A stretch of DNA of 63,202 bases, counting the filler, from Reclinomonas americana ATCC 50394 (Eukaryota), in the NCBI GenBank assembly GCA_048213135.1. It is 6 parts of 3 records of this genome, joined end to end, with 100 filler letters (N's around TTAATTAATTAA, not from the genome) between each part and the next. Parts side by side here need not be neighbours in the genome. Positions count along the whole stretch, not along the records: positions 23,834 to 29,855 come from PS015236.1; positions 29,956 to 38,789 come from PS015236.1; 4 more parts are not named here. One strand, written 5' to 3'. This document shows, in pieces, positions 24,484 through 36,719 of this stretch (the first letter of the stretch is position 1; each line of letters begins with the position of its first letter). The notes beneath the pieces are model-generated. The model saw only the letters and a list, made by a program, of their open reading frames with translations, made no database searches and was not told the origin of the DNA. Position numbers and translations under genes: made by a program.

Positions 24484-26144
24484 TCACCTCCGTCGTGTTC
24501 TTCGTGCGGCTCTCGTGGGCGAAGCCTTCGGAGAATTCGTAGGTTCACTGGCGCCGGGCAAGACGGACTGACGCATTGCTGTTGGCCGTCTTCCGACGCT
24601 GACCGCAGCGCCACCTTTCGGTGCTGCCTTGGCTCTCTTGCGTGCCGGCTGGTAATCGAGATCGTCATCATCGTCATCGCCGTCGCCGCCGACCTTGCCG
24701 GCATCGGTGGCATTGACATCTGCAGCGCGTGGTCGCTTCGGCTTTCGCTGCTGCAGCGCAATCTTCCCACGAGCAACAGCAGAGGCTGCTGCCACTCGCT
24801 TGGTGGCGACGCCTGTCGACTTGTCCGTGGCGCTCAGCTTGCCAATGAGTCCACGGCAAGAGGCAGCTCCGCAGAAGCACGGTTGTGGCTCAGCATCGCC
24901 AAACCACTCAAACTGATAGTCGTACGTCAGTTCTTCGCCTTTGGCAATGTCGCGCAGGGCAAAAATGCCGACAACATTACGGCCGCCAGTAGGCATGTCG
25001 CCACCGTCGACTGTCCATGTTTGTGTCTCGCAGTTGGGCTCGCAGCTGTGGTTCAGGAAGCGAGCCAGATTCGACCGATGCGCTGCGTCGATGACGAACT
25101 CGGAATTGAGTTGCATGGCGTAAAAGTCGTTGTGCAACTGTACGAATTCGCAGGGAGGGAGTAGTTGAGTTGACGCAGACGAACAAGAAGGCACCGAATC
25201 AACTGCCCACCCACCTTGTCACCAAGCTGGCGTCGGTACGTCCCCACGCTGATCACGTGACCGACGTATTCGGTGATGAACTGACCGCGCTTGATAGGCT
25301 CCAAGGCACGCGCACCATAACCGCGATCGCCGGTTGGAAAGATCTCAAACTTGGCGCCGAGCTTCTTCTGGAACTGCTGATTGGTGCACTGATCGCCGCA
25401 CGGACAAGTCAGCGGATCGCATTCCACGTGCAGGGAACGATTGATGCAGTCCTCGCCACAGCTCACTGCGCGAACGGTTGAGACGAACACGACAGACAGC
25501 GGCGAGAACAACGAAAGAGAAGCACAGCAACGCCACCTGCTTCGTGCGAGGGGCTCGGACGTTGACGCAGGGTGCGACTCGAACCTGCAGCATCTGCACG
25601 AAACGATCTGTTGGACTTGCTTTGCCGCCTTTGTGTGTGATCAACCGACAACAAGATCCTCTCTCTTCCTCTCTCACCAGCGACACCACTGCTCTCGGCG
25701 ACTGCTTTCCTCTCCATCTCGTCCATCACAGACTGCACAAATCTGGTGCACCGCCTCGCTTGGCCCACCAGCTGCATCTGCACGTCGCCGGCCTTGCGTC
25801 GCAGAGCCAGCTCACGCTGCACACACGTCCACAAAGAGATGGGTGTGAGTCTGATGATGACCAGACAGACAACACAATGATGACACAAACCTGTATCAAC
25901 ACACTCTCCGACGGGTGGCATGTGCACACCGGGGCCACACCCTTTAGCGGTCCGAGCTGACGTCGCGCCTCGGGAGAATACACATCTGCAGGAAACAAAA
26001 CAAACACGGAATTTGTTGGCGCGCGCGAGAGAGTGAGGAGATCAGCAGCAAAAGAATCACAGCTCAACTCTCTTCAATGTACTCGAACTTCCCCGCTGGG
26101 CAGCGACTGTGGCGGGGCGGTCGCACAGCAGGCGCGGTACTCAT
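24484..26144 (-). CDS. SET2/ASH1-family histone H3K36 methyltransferase (AWS-SET-postSET)
   Basis: CGEDCINRSLHVEC...CPCGDQCTNQQFQ, RGYGARALEPIKRGQFITEYVG, ARFLNHSCEPNC, GIFALRDIAKGEELTYDYQF and postSET CFCGAASCRGLIG. Confidence 0.92.
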
Positions 26145-26243
26145 GCAACACGCGACGGGAGTAGCACTCACACAAACACTCAGAGGTGGACAGATGGATG
26201 ACTTCGTTGTAACGGTCACATTATTTCACTCTTCAGATCTTGA

Positions 26244-27650
26244 TCACTCATCCGGCAGCTGGACTTCATCCTTGACGACAAACGGGTCATCATACCCAGT
26301 GCGAGCAATCAGCTGGACGGCCTTGACGCGGAACGTGACGGGCGTCCACGAGGCCTGCCACTCGGCCATGAGCGCCAATGCATTTCGTCGTGCACCCTTG
26401 CCCTTGACTTGGCCCACGGAGAGATGTGGTGTGAACACGCCACCGTGATCCGCATGCCCGTTGTCGCAAAAGGGGATCGCAGACGCAAGGGTCCAGTACA
26501 CCGACTGCAGTGCGTCGGAGGCACCAGCGGTGCTTGGAGGAGCAACCTGCATGCACCACACACACAGCGGAGATTGAGTTTGTCATATCATCAACGCTCT
26601 TGTGCGCTGCGCTGCGTACGCACATCTGGACGCAGGAACATGGTCACGCTGGTCGCCGAGTGCTCGAAACAGTCAAACGTGGAGAGCGTAATGTCGAACT
26701 CGTGCACAGGAGAACCGCAATCCACCAGTGCATCGCGGAGGATACGGGCGGCCTCTGGAAACTCATCGGTTGCCGCCGCCACTGGGGCGGCGCTTGATCC
26801 CGCCGCGCCAGCATCTTCGTCAGCGTCACCGCTGGCAGAGGAAGAAGCCGCCCGATCCGCCATGCGATTAATGCGAAGCACTCGGTCGCCGAGAGAGGTG
26901 CCATTCAGTGCACTGAGTGCGGCCAGTGCCGTGGCTTCGTCTGCCAGCTCGACAAAGCATGCACCCTGCGCATCATTAGTCAGTTAACAGTCAGGCGCAC
27001 GCACCCCCCACACCAGCTGCGGCGCGCGCTCACCCGGCACGGTGGACCCTCGCCCTTGCGGCGACCACCTTTGCCAGCGTCTCTGTCGACGAGTGCATGC
27101 ACATGCACCGGGTCGAAGCCGGCCGCTGCGAAGCGCTCGCGCACAGACTCGGCGACAACGGCCACGGTCTTGAACTTGGAAAGACCGCTGACGAAGAGAG
27201 ATCGAGATGGCACAAAATCGTGACGCGCGTAAGGCTTCTCCTTTGGCGCCGTCGACCCCTCATGCTCGGCAGAGTCGACATGCGGCACAAACGGGTACAG
27301 GCTGCAACACAACGCAACGAGAAAGAACAAAAGATAGCTGTCAACAGCAAGGCCAGAAATGGGTCGGGAAGAATGCAAGGCGCATGCGCAACAGTGTGAT
27401 GTGTGGCATCCACCGATCGTACGAGCGATCGTGCACACGACGGATCTCTTGGATGGGGTCCCACAGCTGTACAAAAAACGCAAACTTGTGTGCACAAGGA
27501 GCGGAAAAACAGACTGACATGGTGCTGCAGTCACACGCATACCTCTGCCGGGGGGATGATCACCACGGCAGACTTGAACACTTTGGTGCCGGAAAGCGAA
27601 GCCACAGAGTGCGCTGCACTGCGCGGAACGGAGGCGGAAGCAGCGGCCAT
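26244..27650 (-). CDS. 2H phosphoesterase (LENG9/2'-5' RNA ligase-like) with an internally inserted RRM
   Basis: KSAVVIIPP..LWDPIQEIRRVHDRSYDRWMPHITLLYPFVP (first HxT) and FTPHLSVGQ (second HxS). Between them are RNP2-like SLFVSGL and RNP1-like RGACFVEL...ALAALSALNGTSLGDRVLRIN. Confidence 0.8.
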
Positions 27651-27844
27651 GGCGAACGCAGACAACTCGACAAATCAAAATCGAAAGCGACGGGACGAAT
27701 TCGAAGAACTTCACTCGGGAACACTATGAAGCATCGAAAAGCACTGGCAAAGAACGCAAGAGACGCAGAAAGAAGGGAAAATGTCCAAATGCACAAAAAT
27801 GACGAAAACCTCGCCCGCTGTCTTGACACGACGTCGAGCCAGTC

Positions 27845-30800
27845 TCATTTGACGACGGTGATGAAGCACGGCTCGCTGATGCCGTAGTTCTCCGGGCTGT
27901 ACAGCTGCGATTCACACACACACACACAGAAAGAGAGACACACACACGCCATGCCATGCCGAGTCAATCAACAGGACAAAATGCACCACCGACACCNNNN
28001 NNNNNNNNNNNNNNNNNNNNNNNNNNNNNNNNNNNNNNNNNNNNNNNNNNNNNNNNNNNNNNNNNNNNNNNNNNNNNNNNNNNNNNNNNNNNNNNNNNNN
28101 NNNNNNNNNNNNNNNNNNNNNNNNNNNNNNNNNNNNNNNNNNNNNNNNNNNNNNNNNNNNNNNNNNNNNNNNNNNNNNNNNNNNNNNNNNNNNNNNNNNN
28201 NNNNNNNNNNNNNNNNNNNNNNNNNNNNNNNNNNNNNNNNNNNNNNNNNNNNNNNNNNNNNNNNNNNNNNNNNNNNNNNNNNNNNNNNNNNNNNNNNNNN
28301 NNNNNNNNNNNNNNNNNNNNNNNNNNNNNNNNNNNNNNNNNNNNNNNNNNNNNNNNNNNNNNNNNNNNNNNNNNNNNNNNNNNNNNNNNNNNNNNNNNNN
28401 NNNNNNNNNNNNNNNNNNNNNNNNNNNNNNNNNNNNNNNNNNNNNNNNNNNNNNNNNNNNNNNNNNNNNNNNNNNNNNNNNNNNNNNNNNNNNNNNNNNN
28501 NNNNNNNNNNNNNNNNNNNNNNNNNNNNNNNNNNNNNNNNNNNNNNNNNNNNNNNNNNNNNNNNNNNNNNNNNNNNNNNNNNNNNNNNNNNNNNNNNNNN
28601 NNNNNNNNNNNNNNNNNNNNNNNNNNNNNNNNNNNNNNNNNNNNNNNNNNNNGAGTGAGTGAGAGTGAACGAGCAAGGGAGAGAGAGAGACACACATACA
28701 GAAGATGTGAAAACGCAACGACAGTGGTCCCAAAGTATCCAACTCGCGTCGCAATGCGTGCCTTCGCAATGCCACGCACCAGTCGGTGCACCAACAGTCG
28801 CAGTCCGTTCAGTGGCTCGATCAACACTCGATCATCGTCCATCTGCATCTATTACATCAGTGCATACCCACTCCCGTCCGTACATCCATCCATTCACTCG
28901 CTCACCATGCCACAGTCCAGCAGTGATCGACAGAACAACGCCGTCGCACGCAGGTTGCTGTTGACGAAAATGTACTCCGACCACATCCGCGAGAACGAAC
29001 TCGTCAGTCGAGCATGCGTGCCGTCGTCTTCCACGCTGTTGTTCCATTCCACCACGCACCTCGTCAGATCACAACAGTCCATCACCAACAGTGCCACTCC
29101 TCTCCCTCTCTGCCTCTTTCTCTCTCACCAGTTGTTGATCTGATCGAGCGCCTTGCGCAGGTACTCTCCAGCCTCGTCACGCTGCTTGCGATCCGCCTCA
29201 TCATCGGCCACTGTGTGTACAAGCACGGACGTGTGTGTGAGTGGCATACACACATGCTCACTCGCTCGCTCACAGGCACATCAATCCTCCCTCACCAGCC
29301 TCCATTTGAATGCGTCGGTCGAACACCGGAATCAGCAGCGCACAGCTCTCCACATCCAACGACGTGAAGTCCTCGATCTCCCACAGGCCCTTCATGATCG
29401 GAAGCACGAACGCTGCACAACACCAGCACCAGTCATCAGCCAGCAACACACGGACAGCTGAGGAAGTCACAAACACACAGCGGCGATCACGCACAACAAA
29501 CGGCTCGGGTCGTTGCTCCGCTGCCATCGCGCTGCGATGTAAGCACACCTGCATTCGTCACGCCGAAACCATTGAGCCACCCGCTTGACAAAACACCACA
29601 CAGACACGCACACACTCTCCTTCTCACTCTCTCTTTCACTCACCAATCGCTGCCGCCAAGAACAGCTGCGCATGCGCATTCTCGCGCAGTGACGAGTTGT
29701 GCTCTTCCACATACGACAGATCCGTGTTGTAGAATGCACTCATCGACGGCTCCACTTCCGCCAGCATGCTGCGACACAGCTGCGCCGCACGACTCCCAGC
29801 CGGCAGTCGTCGCTCCGCACACACAAGTGCCTGATATGCCGACACGGTGCAGAACNNNNNNNNNNNNNNNNNNNNNNNNNNNNNNNNNNNNNNNNNNNNT
29901 TAATTAATTAANNNNNNNNNNNNNNNNNNNNNNNNNNNNNNNNNNNNNNNNNNNNTTCAGCAGAGTGATTTGCGCAGAGAACTCGTCGCCCACGTGCAGG
30001 AAGCGTGGAATCGTCAAACTACAATACCCAGCAGACACACATGAGTGCAACCCAGCATTCACACACACACACAGTGCAGTCATCAGCAGCACACACACCG
30101 CATCGAAAAGTCCATGCGCACAGTCAACAACAGCTCAGCTGCACCACTGAACATGGTCTCGTTGTTGGCAAACACGAAAATGCGGTACCTACGCCGCACC
30201 ACAGTGAGCACTTCTGGCACTGCTGCACAAATGAATCAGAGTGGTGCACGTCAAGGAGGACACGAAACTTGGTCAGCGAGTCCGGCGTCTCGAAGCGGAC
30301 GGTCACGTGGCCAGTCTCGTCGGTGGTCGCGCGTGGGATGAAGGCTGCAATCGGCGAGAAATTGTTGCGGACAACAACCTTCTCAGGTTCGGCGGCGCCT
30401 CCTTCACCTGCGGATGCTGCCTCACAATCATCGGAGGCAAGCAATGCCGTGGTAGTCAATGCACTTTGAGCCACGCGAGGCGAACTCCGCCGAGCCATCA
30501 TCATACCGCCACCGGGTGCCGGTGGGGCACCTACATGAGAAATGGCATTAATATGAATTCTGAGTCACGAGCACGCAGTCGAGAGAATACGCAGCATGGC
30601 ATCGCCATGCACATCATGACTGGGGGACAGGGCACCGGCATAAGAACGATTGGCTGCCGTGCAGTGAGATGCTCGCCATAGAAAACTCCCAAGTCGCCGA
30701 GTGAGCGTTCCAAATTCTTGTCGTTGTCCAACAGATCTCGGCCATTGTGCTGCAGTCCTTCCATGTCGGAAGCCCATTCCTGTCACAACGAATCAACAAT

Positions 30801-31304
30801 CAGCAAACATTGATAATCTATGCCAGAGCTGCATGACCGACACAACTTTCACTTTGTCCACCAGCGACTGCAACGTGTCGGACAGTCGCACCTCCACCGA
30901 CTTGGACTCTCCACTCTGCGAACACGACCGTTACTTGCGCAGACCGAGTTGGGCACAATCGCACACACAGAGAAACAACACTAACCAAAGACGCCGAGAC
31001 ATGCACACCAAGGAAGTGATCCACTCCCGGCTTCACAAAGCGCGGCGTCAGCTGAGTCATTGATCCGTACAGTGCCGCCAGCGCCTGCTTAATCGTGTGC
31101 GGCAACAGCTGATGGTAATACATGTGATTGTCAACCCAATGCTCACAGGCACATGCGAACACACAACAGTCCATCACTCTCACCTGATACACTGCGTCGT
31201 CCACAGCAACCAGACACACTCGTGCATTGACAACAGGCTGCGCCGACGCATCCTTGACCTGCGGTCACTCAAACAATCAGCAATTCACAACTACACCTCC
31301 CTCT

Positions 31305-31338
<34 letters not shown>

Positions 31339-33460
31339 TAACTCACCGCCACTTTCACCACAGCCTCCTCACGCGGCCGGATCTCAGTGCGCTCAAGCTC
31401 CAACTGCGCACACAGTTCTCGACTCTTCGTCTGCACTCCGATCGACAGCGCAGCTTCGCGCGTCAGCCGGTCCATGCGCACGAGATACACCTGTCCATCC
31501 GAAATCCGAATCACCGCATGAGTTGCCATGCTGCATCACAAACATCGGAGACAGAAGCACACACACATCTCACCTGAATGTTCAGTTGCGGCACATACTC
31601 CTCCGTCACAGGAATCTCCACGTTGGTGAACTCGCCCTCGATTGCCACCTGCGCCCGTTCCTCAGTACACGCAGCCCAACGACGATACCCAGAGCACCAC
31701 AAATGCACACAATCTTACCAGCTGCACACCACTCAGCTGCCGCTTTCCCCACACCACCAGCGCCACATCGCGGTACACTCGCGACCGGATCTCCACAATC
31801 ACAGTGCTTCCCACCGACCGAGCAAACGAGCTCGAGAACTCGGGCATCTGCTTCACGCTGTCCGGCTCCTCGTCTGCAGCCTTGATGCGGATGATCGCAT
31901 CTCGCCAGTTGCCCGCCCACGGATCGTACGGTGGCGGTGCCACCACTGGCTCAGGCACGTGATGATCTGCGTGCAGCAATAGTTTCTCGTGTCACAACAC
32001 AGACAGAGACACGCACACACAGAGGATGAACTCGTGACACCAGGCCACGAAACGGGGAACATGGCGAGGAGGCTCAGTGACGTAGAAGCTGTACTCCGAC
32101 ATGAAGCACATGCCATCGATGTCGAACGCAAATGCACGCAGACGGTGCCGTCCCTCCTTCAAGCGCCGCACAACCGACTGTGCAAAACAGAACAACAAAA
32201 CCAAAGTCCCTTGTTGCTGAGTCCAAAGCAACTGGGACGAGTACGCCAAAAGCGAGAAATGACAAACCCCACGACACGCTGTCTGATACGACTCGTCCCA
32301 CACAATCTGATCGTAGTGACGCTGATCGTATCGCACAAGCTCCGCAAAGATCGGAATGTCCGCCACCACGTTGCCACTCGCATCAATCACCACAAAGTCA
32401 AATCTGCCACACACACAATTCACACTCATCATTCTCAAGTGCAGTTGCCACCATCACCACACAAACACCAACGCAACTGCTGCTGCTCGGTGTCATAGTG
32501 CGGCTGCTTCGCCTTGATGCCCAGGAAGAACTTGGCCGGCAGAATCGTCACCACATCGTTGCCACTCCTGCACACATACATCTCCAAACATATGAGCACC
32601 TTCCTCCTCAAATCACTCTCTCTTGTGTGTACACTCACCAGGTTTGCGCACTCGAGTCCGTCAGCGACGCCTGCCATCACAACACCCACGTGAGAGATAC
32701 TGCGTCCACTCCTCATCACCCTTCCTCCCCTCGTCACACACCTGCAGTTGCACGTGCACCGGAACCGGATAGTTCACGTGGTCCACCACAAACGTGTGCC
32801 GCGACTCTCCCGCTCGATCCGATGTCGCCTCGGTGACAGGAATCGCAGGCTCCGCCACCGTCACGTACGGCGTGGTGAACAAGTACTCTCTCAGTTGCTC
32901 ACGCGCCTCAGCCGACACTTTGCTGCTGTTCAGTGGCGATGCCTGTGCGCACGACAGCGTCTTCCGGTACGTCACAAGCTGGCCCACCACCGGGTCGTCT
33001 GCAGCATCGTATTTTACCNNNNNNNNNNNNNNNNNNNNCATGGTGAGGAGTAACTGTTGAACAGCTTCTTCAGCTTGGTCGAGTCCTTGGCCTTGTCGCC
33101 ATTGACCATGGCCACACAAGCCGAGAGCGTCTCGAACACTGCCACCCAACATCATCATCATCAACATCATCATCATCATCATCATCATCACAATACATCA
33201 TCTCGTGAAAGCACACACACACCATCGCGCGCTATGCGTATCACATCAGCCACCGTCGCGTCGCGACTGAACTCGGCAGCGAACCTGTGGATGTGAATGT
33301 GTGTGTGTGCACATGTGAGTTATTCCGCACGTGTGAGAGAGACAACTATCACACAGCTGTGAAAAAAAGACGTGCGTGTGATGTTGTGTGGTGGAGCCGC
33401 GAGAGGGCACTGCGTCGCAACTTGCCACACACGGTCAGCACCGTAACCGAGGCCATCTCA
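27845..33460 (-). CDS. Bacterial-type alpha-2-macroglobulin family protein, many introns, partly in gaps
   Basis: VRNNFSPIAAFIPRATTDETGHVTVRFETPDSLTKFR, LTIPRFLHVGDEFSAQITL, CLVAVDDAV, VEIPVTEEYVPQLNI, and C-terminal LYSPENYGIS (compare the bacterial A2M motif MY.PE..G.S). The 5' end is approximate. Confidence 0.8.
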
Positions 33461-33858
33461 ATGCTCCAAAGTCTTGAGATTCGGTGAGAGGAATCTCGCT
33501 CGTTGTGACGTCGAAACAGTCGCACTTTCTCTGTCGGCGAGGTGTTTTCGTATGGCAGCGGGTGGCTGCTTCTATGTGCTGCTTAGTGTGTTACAAGAAG
33601 GCAGTCTTTAGTCCTGCTGCATGCGCATGCGCAATTCGACGTCGACGTCCGAAACTGCAAGACGTCTTTACACAAAACACTGGCGTGTGCGACAACGACG
33701 CCAGTGCCTATCTTGCACCACACTCTCATCGAACCGACTTGCTTGGCGCTGATGGCGTGCTCTGGGCCCACTGGCCATGAGTCACCGCAGTCGTTTGACG
33801 ATGCGCTGCGTACGATGATCATGAAGACGAGGACTCGGCCACGTGCTGCGAGAGGGCT

Positions 33859-34734
33859 ATGGATGCCCTCCTGCTTCTCAGACGAGCGAGGACGTACGAA
33901 GAGGTCGCCCCGGTTGTGCGAGACACTGCCGGGATCACGGTGCTCATCACTGGTGGTGCGAGTGTGAGTTTTTAAACTGATCGCTGCGCGAATTTCAATC
34001 CCTCTCTGCTGTGTTTCTTCCACGTGTGCGGTGCGCTTGCGTGCCAGTGTTGATTCCTCACCGTGCACGCTGCATAGGGTGCCGACTTGATGTGGGCCGA
34101 AGAGGCCTGTGCTCAGGGGATTCGAGTGATCATCACCAGCTTTGCTGCAGCTGGCCACTCGGTCACACTTCCAGCGGCGGAACGATACCGTCGACAACTC
34201 AAGGTGCTGGCTCTCGACGACGAATTCCATACGGTGGAAGACACTCTCTGCTCTGCTGCCAAGCTTCTCCGTCGCCGCTTGCCGGCCTCCCGATCGTACG
34301 TTCGCAAGCTGCTGCTGCGAAGCGTGTTTCAAGCGGCAGACGTGCAAATGCTGTTTGCCGTCGGTCATTTGGCGCACAATTCCGGGGCAAGCACCAGCAG
34401 CGTGAAGGTGATGGGAGGCACGGCATGGGCCTGTCAGATGTTTGCCATGCTGCAAGTTCGTGGGCGTGGACTCAGCGGCAAGACGTGGAGCGGGTTGCTG
34501 CCGATGTTCTTGTTGTCCATGGAAGACATGTGCTGGTATCAGGCGCGAGCGCGGGCGACTTTTGGAGCGTTGGAGGTGATTCAGTGGGTCCCTGTTACAG
34601 AGGACCGTATTCCCAGCGTGCGTGGTCGCAGCTTTGCCGGCATCGGAGCTCGGGACTGCGCTGATCTGCCTGCCGACTCTGCGCGACGTGTGCATGAAAT
34701 TCTCCGCAGAGTCCTTTCCATGCACGCACCATAG
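33859..34734 (+). CDS. SLOG-superfamily (Smf/DprA/YspA-like) nucleotide-binding protein
   Basis: One intron (33964-~34077) joins VLITGGAS to GADLMWAEEA, giving the SLOG GGAxGAD motif. Downstream are GGTAWACQMF and FAGIGARD. The N-terminus may extend upstream. Confidence 0.7.
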
Positions 34735-35100
34735 CAGCCCTGCAGCTGATGGAGATGAGTAAGCACTGGCAATGCTCAGTAGACCTATGACCACCTTGCG
34801 GCCTTCAGTGAACGATCGTCGTCGCAAACTCTCGAGATCTCTCTCGTTTTCGGACTGAATTCGAACACGTTTGGTGATGGCTTGGCCTTGGAAGCTTATC
34901 TTTCTTGCCGAGTTGGCTGTAGTAATCCGCTACCAGCGTCTTTTCAGGCCATGGCGGTCGCTGACGCTCTGTGAGTTTCCTGCGAAACGCTCTTCTGTAG
35001 ACTTTCGTCCGATGACGGAAACACGTGTCCGCTGCGCGCACTTGTCCACGCGTCAAACACACACGCATCGCCCCCCTTTCGCATTCGTTGAGAGCGCACA

Positions 35101-36605
35101 ATGCAAGCTCCTCGAGACATGCTGCGCTCTGCGCTGCAATTCACTCGCGAGCGTCGCCGCACCGTGGCGTTGATGGTGGTGCTCGTCTGCTTCGTGCTCA
35201 TCAGTGTGCTGGTCACACCGCACTGGCAGGTTCGTCGCGTTTTCAATAGCGCGCGCACTGAATCGTGGTCACCTGGTGTACAATCCGACTTTGCTGTTGG
35301 TGGCGGCAACATGGCCTATGGCTCCTCCTTTGCACCTGAAGGTGGTGGAATGACGGTGGCCACTGGCGGCGCACCACCCATGATGCATCACAAGCGGTTA
35401 GTCTCTGCCTCGTTCTCGCTTTCTCTCTCGCACATGCATGGTGTCGTGACAGCTCATTCCTTTCTCAGTGGCGGCGCCATGCACTCGGCTCGAATGTCTG
35501 CAGCCTCGGATACGGTGGTTCTCGGCGGTGACAGCTTTCATTACACACAGGAGGCGGAGACAGTGTCACCCTCCTCCTCTTTCTCCTCCTCGTCGCCGTC
35601 GGATGCTGGTGGTGGTGCCGCTCAGCAGCGCATGGTGGTGCGCAACGGCGAGCTGGATGTGTATGTTCGCGATGTACCGACGGCCGAGAAGCACGTGCGC
35701 GGAATGGTGTCGACACTGGGCGGATTCGTCAGCTCCATGTCGACGTCCAGGCCGCTGTGGAATCACCCATCGTTGCTCGATGTGAACTTGACAGTGCGTG
35801 TGCCAGTGGATGTGTTTGACAAGGTGGTGGACGAGTTGCGTCGCGCTGACGTCGAGCCATGCTGCTGCATGCTGCGGCGTGCTGACTGCTGCTTTGTGCA
35901 GTCTCAAGTCGCTGTCGGTGTATGTGTCGCGCATTCAAATGAGCTCGGACGATGTGTCGGAGCAGTATGTGGATATGAAGGCGCGCACTGAGAATCTGGA
36001 GGCGTCGCGCGACAGTCTGCTGCGTCTCCTGGACCGTGTCGACAATGTGGGCACTGTTGCGTCGTCGCGCCAGCTTTGATTCTCTTTTGTGTGGCTCTTT
36101 TGATCATCGTGACTGTCGACAGATTGTGGCGGTGCGTCGAGAGCTCCGCCTGGTCACTGGTGAACTGGAGAGCATGAAGGCGCGCCTGCGGTATCTTGTG
36201 TCGGCCTCTTCCCTCTCCACACTTCAGGTGTGGTTGCGGTTGGATCCGAGCCAGTATCCGCGCGAACCGGAGCGCCCGCCTCAGCCACCGAAGACGTGGA
36301 CGCCGCTGACGCCGGTGCGGGATGCGCTAATGTTCTTGGCCGAGGTGAGCTTTTGTGTTCGTACTGCGTTCACATGAGCTCGCACTGGCTCAACTCCCCC
36401 ACTCGCAATCACACAGGTTTTCGTGCACATTGTCAATTCCATGCTGTTCACCACCACGCTCCTGGCTCCTTTCATTGCCGTCGGAGGCGTCTTGTGGAGT
36501 TTCATTCAGTGTATCTGTTGCCGCCGTGGTCGGCGATCGAGTGGCAGTGGAGGTGCAGCGGCCGCTGCTGCTGGGTCGGGATCTGCGCACGACCGCGACG
36601 ATTAA
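35101..36605 (+). CDS. DUF4349-family membrane-anchored protein
   Basis: N-terminal TM segment; RMVVRNGELDVYVRDV...GGFVSS...LTVRVPVDVFD...DDVSEQYVDMKARTENLE...RELRLVTGELESMKARLRYL...STLQVWL; C-terminal TM segment. Confidence 0.8.
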
Positions 36606-36719
36606 CTGTCTCCTCGTGCCCGTGAAATGTAAAATGCTGCGTTGTGTGTGTTTCAGCAAACAACAAGACTATATTTCTCTTCGTTGGTGTAGTAGTAGTA
36701 TTCGGCGGTGCGAGAGGCA

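Noticed and set aside
33583-34827. 414-aa minus-strand ORF
   Set aside because: Antisense shadow of the SLOG gene in GC-rich DNA, with no recognisable motifs. The same applies to 46556-47614 (+) opposite the ARM gene.
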